Source: Eledone cirrhosa
Taxonomy: Eukaryota
Direction: 5' to 3'
NCBI GenBank assembly: GCA_964016885.1
Contig: OZ024740.1
Coordinates: 132,308,001-132,372,000 of the forward strand
DNA length: 64,000 nt
The translations under genes and the position numbers were made by a program. Positions 52,973 to 64,000 of this stretch are shown one piece after another. Position 1 is the first letter of the stretch. Every line of letters starts with the position of its first letter. The notes beneath the pieces were generated by a model, which worked only from the letters and a program-made list of their open reading frames with translations, was not told where the DNA came from and made no database searches.

Positions 52973-54594
52973 TTCGACATCTAGATCCAAGTTCGGATTT
53001 AGTTGTCAAAAACGGCCGGAGCTCAGCCGGCGTTGTCCGGAATCTTTTCGAATTACCCACTCTTCTACTCCAAGTATCGAGTACTCTGGTGACTTACGGT
53101 CCAACTGGTATCTTACCACACCCTATTTTTCATATATATATATATATATACATTTATCTTTATAAATATAGTGGGATGTATAGGTGATGTAGTTTCAGGT
53201 AAGTGAGAACTTCTGTGACTGAGTGAGCGAGGGGGCTTGCGATAAGAAAGAAGAAAGGGGAGAAATGGTAGTTGGAACGGAAATTCGTGATAAATGTTTT
53301 TAAACGTGTTGTGCTCTGTTTTATTGTTCTTTAGAATAAATAGAAACTGCACAATTTGAAAAGCTATGTAAAAGAATTAACAATTAAAAACTAATATTAA
53401 AATTAAAAGGATTATTGAATGAAATTATGCCTAGGATTAATTTAGGTTTAGTATATCTAACGTGGATGGTTTCATGATTATTGTGCACTTGCATATTGCT
53501 GGGTTAGTAAGGTTTGTAAACGCTTTTCGTTTTGGCAAATATTTTACACATTAGAATATCTCTACATATGTTTTTAATTGTCCTGTCACTCTCATGGTTC
53601 ATGTTTTGTTTCTAATGAAATAATCGTCCGGTATCTGTTTGCTCCACCAGCACCTTCGTACTTATGTTTCTTCCGCATTCCTGCTTGTGTTGGAACAATG
53701 AACTGGGTGATCTTTGGTTGTATTCACAACCTTTCATTCCCCCCGTCATACTATCAATGCAATACTCTTCTTAGCATGTAGTTTGTTTCCACAGATTCTG
53801 TTACCGCGGCTTCATCATATCTGTCCACATGGCGTGTGAGATCGTTTCTGGCTAAGTGGTATTTCAGGCTCTAAAATCATATTCCTAAAATAGAATTTAT
53901 TTTGACAGTCTCATATGCCTCTCTGAGTTAGCTCTCTTCCCTATAGCAATTGTCTGTAGCTTACATTTCCCCCCTTTGCCACCCCCATTTGAACTCTTGT
54001 CCAATCCTTTAACACAATTGAGACTATTCCTGAAAATATTTTTTTCTGTGAAAAGACACAACTACCAACACTACTTCTACTACTACTACGTTGACTAGCT
54101 ACCTCTCTCTATATAAAGTTCAATTTTATTCCCAGTCTTTGCAACAAGAAAGATGAACAGACCTTTTCAACACTTAATTTTAATTTTTTTATTTTTTATT
54201 CTTTTCTATTATTTTTTATTATAATATTCAATAATGTATAAGAAGATTTACGTTGATACATCGAATCCGTTTATATTTTATGTATTTTATATACATTATA
54301 CACCTCCTTTTTTTAAAGAATTGTTCCTCACATTCTTTCAATAATGTCGCTTTAACGAATCAAAAGAGAAAAAAATGAAAAAAGATCCGTAAGTATATTT
54401 TCCGTACTATTTCCAAATCCACCTTTTCTCTATAACTTCTATTTTGCATAGAATCTTACTCCCTGTTCAAATATATATATATAAGATATATATCTTGATA
54501 TATAAAGAGCCCGGAATCTATTTCTTGAACTCATTAAATTAAGGGGCATATATGTGAGACTTTAACTTCTTTTTGTAACTTGATGTAATTTCAT

Positions 54595-54748
<154 letters not shown>

Positions 54749-54769
54749 GTATATATATATATAGTGTAA

Positions 54770-55015
54770 ATAGAAACGTTAGCCGTAATTTTGACTAAAT
54801 AAATTTTAGCCTGATAGTCGGGTTTAAAACACTCTAAAAATGGAAAAGGATGAGTATTGACATACATCGGATACATCATTACTCATGCTTTTACCTTTTT
54901 CGAGTGTTTTAAACCCCATATTAATCTAAAATTGCTTTAGTTAAGAATAGGGCGAAAGTTCCTACTATTTCTACTAAATTTCAAACTTACCTCGCTCTCT
55001 TCAAAACAAACGATT
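54770..55015. repeat. Inverted arrangement of the 261-bp family (diverged)
   Basis: The left arm matches 1695-1785. The right arm is the reverse complement of the unit at ~1895-2035. Confidence 0.7.
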
Positions 55016-55130
55016 GCCTTATATATATGACACCCAACAGTTCCTTAGGAAATATCCCTTGTATCCTCTATGTTAAAATGAAAGGGTGGTTTTCCATATT
55101 CGTATGATGTGAACGATTAACATTATTTAT

Positions 55131-55315
55131 TAGATTAGCAGTATCGGTAGAGAGTCGGACACCATGCTTTGAAGCATAGAGTTACGTCCCTTTATGATTT
55201 GAGTTCAAATCCTGCCGTGTTTAACTTTGCCTTTCATCCTTACGGGGTCGATAAAATAAAGTACCAGTAATGTACTGGGTATTTGCTGGCCTTGTGCCTA
55301 AAATAGAAACAATTA
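55131..55315 (+). mobile_element. SINE family A
   Basis: Full-length match. Confidence 0.9.
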
Positions 55316-55446
55316 TTTATTAGGCATTAACCAGCCCATTATTGATATATATCAGTGTATATGAGCTATATCTTTCAAAATACAATGTCCCGCCCTCTTT
55401 TTTGCTGTCATTTCAAGTAATGAGAGTGGAGTGTTATTTATGCATG

Positions 55447-55480
<34 letters not shown>

Positions 55481-55613
55481 CTATATATATATATATATTA
55501 ATAAAAGGAATTCCAACTTTGTCTGATTTACCCGTTTTATTTACAATCCTTTAAAATTTATAATGGTATTAGAATGAAATAGTATGGTAGAATATTAAAT
55601 GTTAAGTGTTAAT

Positions 55614-55652
55614 TGAACAAGTACTTTCATGCTTTCGCAATCTTCAGGTTTG
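55614..55652 (-). ncRNA. Minimal hammerhead ribozyme downstream of the PLE ORF
   Basis: AAC-CUGAAGA-U-UGC-GAAA-GCA-U-GAAA-GUAC-UU-GUU; stem III is the palindrome AAGUACUU. Confidence 0.75.
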
Positions 55653-57080
55653 TATTCTGTGGTGACAGTCATGTTTGCGATTTTCAACTGTAATGAGATG
55701 GGTAAATTTTGTGCAATATATACAGTGAAAAGTCGCTACAGAATGCTAAATCTTGGATCTCTGATTTGCTGTCGGTCTACCCGTGCACGTTCCGATAGTG
55801 CATTTCCAGTTTGACCGACATATAGTTCGTCACAATTCGGGCATGTATTGCAGTAAATTAGATTTCTGCTTTTGCAGTTCATATTTGCATTTGGGAATAT
55901 TTTTCCAGTTTTTTGCTTTAATATATTGAATGGATTGACATGTGCCACATCGATTATCATTGCATTTAGATACAGTGAATGATTGGTCTTTGTTGTTAAG
56001 GTCAAACTTTGCTTCTGTTAGTAATTGCTTCAAATTTTCGGCTGTCTTTTACTAAGAGTCAAAGATCGATCTGTGATTAAGCCTTTTAATTCATTACTTT
56101 GAGCAATCGGTAGGTTTGCTTTGGCAGTGTTGAAGATATTCTGGTGACATGGGTTGTGTGTCATTATAAATGGTATGACCAGTTCTTGGTTTCCTCTTTA
56201 TTAGGTTGTCCTAAGTTGTTGTATAGGTATTTTTATAGCCCACTGTATGCCATTTTCTATAAGTAGAGATGGGTATTTTTGTTTGAGCAAAAATTCTGCT
56301 AGTTCAGTTAGGCGTTTGTAATGGTGGTGTCGTTTTTGATTATCATTATATCTAGGAATGGTAATTTGGTCCTACTCATTCCTTTTGTGAATTGGAGAGA
56401 TGGGTGTAGGTTATTCAGGAGGATATTGAACTCATCCACAGTAACTAGAGATTCTGTCCAGATGATGAAACAGTCGTCAAGGTATCTATTCCAAGATTTT
56501 TCAATGCACTTTCTAAAATCAGTACTATATTTTTCCTCTATTTCTTGGTAGAGTTGTTGTTCTAAGTATCCCATTACAGAGTTCGCGTAAACGGGAGCAA
56601 ACGTCGTTCCCATCGCTGTGCTCTAATTTGGATGTAATTCTTTCCATTGAAGAAGAAAATGTAGGTTTCCAGAATAAGTTTAACTGAGTCTAATATAAAT
56701 GGCGCTGTGAATCTAATGGGAATCACTTCTCTATGTTTCTCCACCCAGTATTTAACCGCCTTTATTCCTAAAGCATGTGTAATGTTGGTGTAAATGCTTA
56801 CCACATCAAAACTAAGTAGAAGTGAATCCGTTTCCGTGGTTTTGGGAGGATGGGACAGGAAGTCGATATCACCCCGGATGAATCTGGGTATGTGAATACA
56901 TAGTGGTTTCAAAATAATGTCAACAAAATTACTTAGACGGTGGGTGGGGCATGTTGGACCAGCTATAATAGGTCTACGTTTTAAGTCTTTTGGGTGTAGT
57001 AATTTAATGTACTCACTTTTTGTTCTTTTACTCATCTCATTACAGTTGAACATTGCAAACTTGACTGTCAGCACAGAATC

Positions 57081-57119
57081 TGAACCTGAAGATTGCGAAA
57101 GCATGAAAGCACTTGTTCA
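57081..57119 (+). ncRNA. Minimal hammerhead ribozyme (inverted arm copy)
   Basis: UGAAC-CUGAAGA-U-UGC-GAAA-GCA-U-GAAAG-CA-CUU-GUUCA. Confidence 0.75.
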
Positions 57120-57320
57120 ATTAACACTTAACATTTAATATTCTACCATACTATTTCATTCTAATACCATTATACATTTTAAAGGATTGTAAATAAAACG
57201 AGTAAATCAGACAAAGTTGGAATTCCTTTTATTAATCTAATCTTCTATACACAATCATACACACTCGTGTATATTTATCTATCTATATATATATATATAT
57301 ATATGTAATATATATATGTA

Positions 57321-57481
<161 letters not shown>

Positions 57482-57816
57482 AAAATAGGGAGAAAAAGAC
57501 GATAATTAGGAAGAAAATTGTATTTTTCCTTTTATTTTTCTGGGTTAGAAAATGTTTAAACCAAAATATTTTACTTTGTGTGAAGTGTTAAGGTATTAGT
57601 TAATTTATGTATTAATTAACAATGGTATTTATTTATGTATTTTTATATTTAATAAATTTCTATTACCGGTTTCAGAATGTTATGCATTATCAAATGGGGG
57701 AATTTGTATTGGTATAAAATGTTGGAGAGAAAATAATGTGATGTTGAACATGTTAAGGAAATGAGAATGAAAGAATAATATTATTTTCAAACAAGCTTTT
57801 TTGTATATATACTCAT

Positions 57817-57855
<39 letters not shown>

Positions 57856-58813
57856 AAATATATCACGTTTTGGTTGGTGGTGATGAATTTGATCGTCAAT
57901 GCTTTCAAATAAAAAAAAATGAAAATCTGAAACATTCTTATTATATATACATTGGTTATGCAATGTAAATCTTTTAGTATTTATATATCTATTTCTACAT
58001 TGAAAGTGATGGATACATAGAGTATGATCATAATCTTCTAATATCTCATTTTACAGAATACGACTGGATAATTTATATAACTTTTAAATGACATGTGAGT
58101 TTGTATTTGTTAGTATGTGCGTGTTTGGGTGTATGCGTATGTGTGTGAATAATTATGTATATGAATGTGTATGTGGGTGTGGGTGTGCGTGTGTGTAGTA
58201 GTTGAGTGATCCTATACTAGATCGATGTTTGCATATATGTATTTCTACGGTAATTTTACACTTGATGAGATGCACAATTTATGATTGGGATTTAATATTT
58301 GAATTTGTAATGCTTAAATGTTTAAATAAAGAACACAGCAGAGAATTAGAACAAGAATATATCATTGAACGACCCAACAGATATATTCGACAACTTAGTC
58401 AAATATACTCTGCAGCAACAAGTAGATGCAGTCAATACCCTACTGAGTTTAGTAATTTACCTTTTCAAAGAAGACTTCATTTAACCTATTTTTTCTATGT
58501 TGTATATCCAATGAAGACATGATTTATGTAATATTTACACAAACTTATACATAATTATTCAGATACAAATACATATAGAAAGAGAACAGAAGGCAATGGT
58601 ATTTAATACAAATACATATGAAACAGAAGCCAAACTACAGCTTGATTTCAAAATACAAATACAAATCTATATCGGGATTTGGAAGGTACAGTGATACACA
58701 CTAACCAATGCTTTGTTTTCTCGGAGTAAATCACTCGAGTGAGACAATTAATACTATATGTATGGTGGAAGTGAATGTATGTATGTATGTATATATGTAT
58801 GTATGTATGTATG

Positions 58814-59082
58814 TTTTCTCTTTCTCTTAATTTCGAGTATATTTTTGGACCGGCCACCTTCCTGGTGGCAAGGTTGTAAAAGAAAAGAAATTGTCATCCC
58901 TTGAATCGCAAGAATGTTTTGCAAATTTTGAAGGTGCCAGCTATCGCAGCCATTTGTAGACTATGAATTAGGGAGCTGCGCTTTTTGTCCGCAAATCCAA
59001 GTTCAGTCATACTTTGGTCCAAGCGGGTTGGTATATAACCCGTAGCACCAATAATGATGGGTATGAAGCTAAAGGTGTAACG
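58814..59082 (-). mobile_element. 3' fragment of an R4/Dong-type LINE embedded in (ATGT)n
   Basis: FIPIIIGATGY...LQMAAIAGTFKICKTFL* (similar to the C-terminus at 60040), a short 3' UTR and (CATA)n on both sides. Confidence 0.8.
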
Positions 59083-59162
59083 TATGCATGTATGTATGTA
59101 TGTATGCATGTATGTATGTATGTATGTATGTATGTATGTATGTATGTATGTATGTATGTATG

Positions 59163-59810
59163 TGTCAGGTCACCAGTTGGTGCTACTGGTAACATGTATC
59201 CCAGTACAACCAGTCCCATGGTCGGGTCGTTGGCGACTAAACTGGCAACCCCACCAAGGTTTCTTGGTGAGGAGGGTGACTTTGGATATCCTGCACGACT
59301 AAAAATAAAACCTGTCAAAGGGCAAAGGAGCTCTTAAGATTCAATGGCCATCTAAAATCTCTGGGAGAGATGACCCCTTAGCCTTTGTCAAGGCAGAATT
59401 CTAGGAGAAGGAAAACTCTGATATAACACCTGCAACCCTGATGGTATCCAATGATGTTGACTTGTTCTTCTTTTTGGTAAATATCATCTTGATTAAGAGA
59501 GTGGGACTGGCTTTGTGCTGTGCCTTTGCTCACTATAAAAGCTTCACGGCACAGGCATTGCTTTATATCTGGATATCTCTCTGCACTTGTCATCACATGG
59601 TACCATGGGCCCAGCACTATGTGTCAATAATTGTCACAAGTGTAGAGTTTGTACCAGAGTTTTCAAGTCGCTGGCTGGACTAAAAAGTCACACTCGTTCA
59701 GCGCATCGGTAGGGGTTCTCCTACATGGATATAAGGTAGTTGCCGTATTCGAAAACGAGTTGGCAGCCACCATGTATGTATGTATGTATGCATGTATGTA
59801 AGTATGTATG
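59163..59810 (+). mobile_element. Non-autonomous LINE-derived element ending in stem-loop + (ATGT)n; same 3' tail at 63900-63970
   Basis: gttctcctacatggatata..gtag..gccgta.tcgaaaacga.ttggcagccaccatgtatg occurs twice. No long ORF. Confidence 0.6.
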
Positions 59811-59919
59811 TTCTTCTGGTTTTATAATTTCACAAATGTTTACCAATAGAGAGAGGGTCGGTTTCTAACATAGACACAAGACTCTCTCATTGGAATTTAC
59901 ACAACATCAACTAGGTAGA

Positions 59920-62900
59920 TTATGTATGCATGTCTTCATGTGTAGATATGGATGTTATTGTATGTGTGGATGTGGATGTTTTGAGTTCTATGTGTGCATG
60001 TGTATATGCTTTGTATCTGTACATGTGTATATGCACTTATTAGATACAAAATGTTTGGAATGTTTTACATATGTTTACTGTTCCATTAAAGGATTGTACA
60101 TGTAATTTCCTAACTAGTTGTGTTCTTTCTGTTCCTGTGAAGCCTAGCTTCTCAATATTTGTATTGAGGCAGTTACTAACATACCCCAGTGCCCCAATAA
60201 TCACAAGCATATATCTGAAGGTGTAATCAGGGTGGAGTATCTGTAGATTTCTCATCAGTTCTGCAGAAATATTCTCCTTTTCGCTAATCTTTGATATTAT
60301 ATTGGCATCTGCTGGGCAGCAAATTTCTACTACTATGCATGCTTTCTTCGCCCTGTCCCATATCATAATATCTGGTCTGTTATGTCTGCATTTTATTGGG
60401 GTTTTTACTAAAACATTCCACCAGTACTCTTTCATATTATATACATGGATGTCTTCCACATTGCTGTAGCTTTTAATGTGTTTATTATCGGGGCTATTTT
60501 TTTACGAACTGCATTGTACAGTGTTTTGGCCACTACATCATGCCTCATAGGTAGATAGTACCGTGATGAAATCTTTGGACAGCTGCTGATGACATGTTTG
60601 ATATCCTCGATGTTAGTTCTGCAGAGTCTGCACTGGTTATCACATCTAGGTGTTTTGCCTGCATCCCTATCTCTTTTGTGAATCAGGTATTTCGTGTTAA
60701 TCTCCTGTTCTTGGATTGAAAAAGTGTATCCTTCAAAGTGGGAGCAAATATAGCGGTTGTTGGTCCAAGACTACTTTCCATCTCTATATTACTCTCACCC
60801 TGGAGCTTCCTGGCAACTTATCGATGCATGATTTTTTTGAGTATAAGCATGCAGTTTTTCATCCATGGATTTACTGCGACACTGCTGAGCGACTTCCCTG
60901 GGTGTGAGTCTTTGATTATCACACAGGGAATATCTCTCGAGGAGTTCCTCCCCAACTCTCATGATCTTATATATTTCATGCAGATAGACTTGCTCAAGAA
61001 ACGGGCTCCTACTCTTCCAGGTTCGTAGATGTTGTCGGAGAGATATGATACGACATTCAAATGTTGTCTGGACTGATGTTAGGCCTCTGTCTCGCTGATT
61101 ACGTTTCAAGTAAAGGCGGTTATGTTACTGTTGATGTGGAAGTTTCCGGTGTTGTTTAGTATTTTTCGAGTTCCAACATCAACTACTCAGATTTCGTCTA
61201 TCGTCCAATTGAGTATTCCAGACGTTGGTGTTAGAACAGGCACAGCAAACACATTGTCACCCACTGTTTTGTTTTGCGCAGAGAGTTCCGATGACCAGAT
61301 CTTTCTTAATCGGGTGTAGTATTCCCTGGTTACGTGTTCTTTATTACAGATACCATTATAGGATATGTTCTCATCTATCCACAGGTATCTGTAGCAGTCC
61401 TCATCAGATATCGGTGAAACAGTTAGGCCATTGATCACAATGTTGCTAGATTGGGTTGGTGTTTGTCCACGCTTTATAATCATACTCCATTCCTCTATCC
61501 TTTGAGAACGTTGTAACAAGGTGAAGATTTTGTTTCACACCATCTATGTTCTTGGCATAGAGTTTCAGATCGTCCACAAAGAAATAATGGGTTAGGTTCG
61601 TATTTCTGTCCTCTTGTGAGCCAATGATGTATCCCTCACATTTCTTGAGCAGAAAGGACAAGGGGTTTAATGACAACAAGAATAATATCACAGAGAGAAA
61701 GTCCCCCTGAAATATACCCCTGCGATATTTTATTTTATCAGTGAAAATAGAGTCCTCCCTTTCTGTCTTTAACCTTAGGATAGTAGCCCAAGAAGACAGC
61801 CTCTCTATGGCTCTGACAATAATGTCTGGGACTTTAGCAAGTTGGAGGGCCTCTATCATCCAAGAGTGGAGAATAGAATTGAAAGCTTTCCTGTAGTCCA
61901 GGCAGACTGTAACCATATTCCACTTAAGTTGTCGCACCTCCGACATCGAAGTTTTGTTGATTAGGAGTTGTTCAGCACATCCCCAAACCCCTTTCTTTCT
62001 GGCTGCTTGTTCATCTGTGATGATGTTATTATTTTCACAGTGATCTTGGAGGAATAGGTTCAGGCAGGTTTTATACATCTTGTACATCAGGTTCTGGCAT
62101 GCAATGGCTCGGTAGTTTTTTGCCAAGTTGGTGTCTTTGTTCTTGGGGACCAGTAATGTTTGTGCTAATGTCAACCATTCTGGTATAAGTGTATCTCGCT
62201 TAAGAACTTGTTGGTAAAGGTCAGTAAGATACCTCCGATAGAATATCTGTTTTTTTGTACCAGTAACCGACAATCATGTCTCTTCCTGGTGTTTTCTTCT
62301 CTTGGAGTTTTCCTATCACAGTCTCAAGCGTACCCTCACGTATTTCGTATGTTTTTGCTGTAGTGTAGGAGCAATAGTTATTTCGGATTTCTCTTAGCCA
62401 CACTGCATCTTGGTTGAAATTCTTCTTTTCTCCCCATATTTTGCTCCAAAAGGAATCTACGTCTTTCTGTGATCGGGCCTCAGTGACACTTTGTTCTTCA
62501 TATCCCTATAGACTGATGTTTGGTTTTTGTCTGAATCTTTTATTAAGCACTTTTCTCTCATCTGCTTTCTTCAAGTATCGGCGTTTTTCGCTAACAGCTC
62601 TCAATTCTTGTTTGAGGGTGATCAGCTTAGATTGAAGAGTTCTGGTTCTACTGTTACCAAACATCATCTCTATTTTATTTTTCACTCTTTGTTGGTGAGG
62701 AGTGAGGTTTTTTTGCATGTAAGGGGCATTGTCACATATCCTATGGTTTTTTGTATGTCAGCAATCTTTTTTCTATTTTAGTTATATATGATGGTATTTT
62801 TGGTGGTGTTCTGTTCTTGTTAATATCTCTGCTATCACCAAGATAATGCTTCACTGTCGTTGCTAAGGCATATAAACAGGTGTTGATTTGCCAAAATGTT

Positions 62901-63870
62901 GGGGGTTTTATCCGTCGTAAATATTCATCCCCTATTTCGTCAATGATACGTAATATTTCATTAGTTGTTTTTTTATTAAACATTGTCGTTTCAACACGTT
63001 CAGCAAGAGGCATATTTATACATGAATTAAATTCTCTCTGGAAGATTTCGTTGAGGGAAATTTTCAATTGTTTTTACTTTTGATTATTATCATTATCGAT
63101 AGTATTTTCCTCGACAGTCGAGGTAGACTCGGATGGTACACGTGGTGTCAAATTTCTTCGATTATTATTATTATCGGTAGTGTTTTCCTCAGCATTTGAG
63201 GCAGACTTAGATGGTACACGTAGTGTCAAGTTTCTTACAGGCATAGTTGTTTCAAAGCACTGTTCGACATGGCTGCTAGGAAGTCTCGTAACATGGCGAC
63301 CTGTAGCACGTGTTGTTGATCCCATGTTTGTTGTGGGGGACTTACAATTAATAATATTTATCTTATTTTTAAGTTCAACAAACGTCGCTTGTTGGCCTAA
63401 TTGTTTCGTTGTGAAATAATTTAGCTCTTGGTGTATTTCGTCCCAGTTTAGCTCCATTCTGTTCATATAGCCAATGGAGGGATTATTTTTTGCCATTTTA
63501 TAACAATTAATAAATCATTATTAAATTCGCAACTCCAAGAGAAATGCGATTTATAATTTCGGTTTCTTCTGTAGCTACAACTGAATAAAGTTTGTTTACC
63601 TTCCTTGTTATTGGTATTCGGTACTTCCTTAATGTTGTTGTTGATGTTGTGTCCAGCCATGCTATTTGTAGCAAATCCTTGTAAAATGAATTATGTATTT
63701 AGTCGGATATCTCTACGAATTCGAATAAAAGGTGTCTTCAGAAGATATAGTTAGAAGAATAACCAGTTATTCCACATGACTGTAGTTGTGGCATTACTGT
63801 CGGAGATAGTATTCATCTTAAATTTAATAAATAGTCACCCACGCCAAAATATGCGACTGATCGTGTTGAC
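59920..63870 (-). mobile_element. Near full-length R4/Dong-clade RLE LINE, multiply frameshifted
   Basis: N-terminal GYMNRM..WDE.H.EL; RT YRAIACQN, LDYRKAFNS, IFQGDFLS, HYFFVDDLKLY; CCHC CRLC..HVISSC; RLE NRPDIMIWD..IVVEICCP. Confidence 0.88.
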
Positions 63871-64000
63871 TGTATAGTGTATGTATGTATATATCTATGG
63901 AGGTTCTCCTACATGGATATAAAGTAGTGGCCGTACTCGAAAACGAATTGGCAGCCACCATGTATGTATGTACCTTCCTATTTATGTTCTGGTTTTGCTA

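Larger units (their letters stand above)
55497..57235 (-). mobile_element. 5'-truncated Penelope-like element with an inverted copy of its 3' end (55497-55705 / 57029-57235)
   Basis: RT RPIIAGPTCPT, LSFDVVSIYTNI, MGTTFAPVYAN, RYLDD, LPFLDI; endonuclease CKSRNLIYC..C..C..LYVGQT..L.ER. Frameshifted. Confidence 0.88.

Overview
AT-rich, microsatellite-saturated eukaryotic DNA, probably an octopod cephalopod (inferred from the SINE families and the (TA)n/(CA)n/(ATGT)n load). I found no host exon I can support. Nearly all ORFs in the track are microsatellite artefacts. The window is a retroelement graveyard. It holds five coding Penelope-like elements (PLEs): one near full-length Naiad-type, two further Naiad fragments, one Neptune-like and one other. 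It also holds a CRE-type RLE LINE with an N-terminal PHD finger, R4/Dong-type RLE LINEs, a decayed L1/Tx1 LINE and many tRNA-derived SINEs. The main hidden signal is RNA structure. By eye I find about 18 type I hammerhead ribozyme (HHR) motifs from about 10 unrelated sequence families. They sit in PLE 3' ends, in large fold-back palindromes and in non-coding tandem repeats that look like retrozymes (556, 650 and ~329 bp units). Three unrelated families share an unusual architecture: a 50-100 nt stem II closed by a C.A mismatch instead of the usual G10.1-C11.1 pair, plus a palindromic stem III. All folds were paired manually. No folding program or database search was run.
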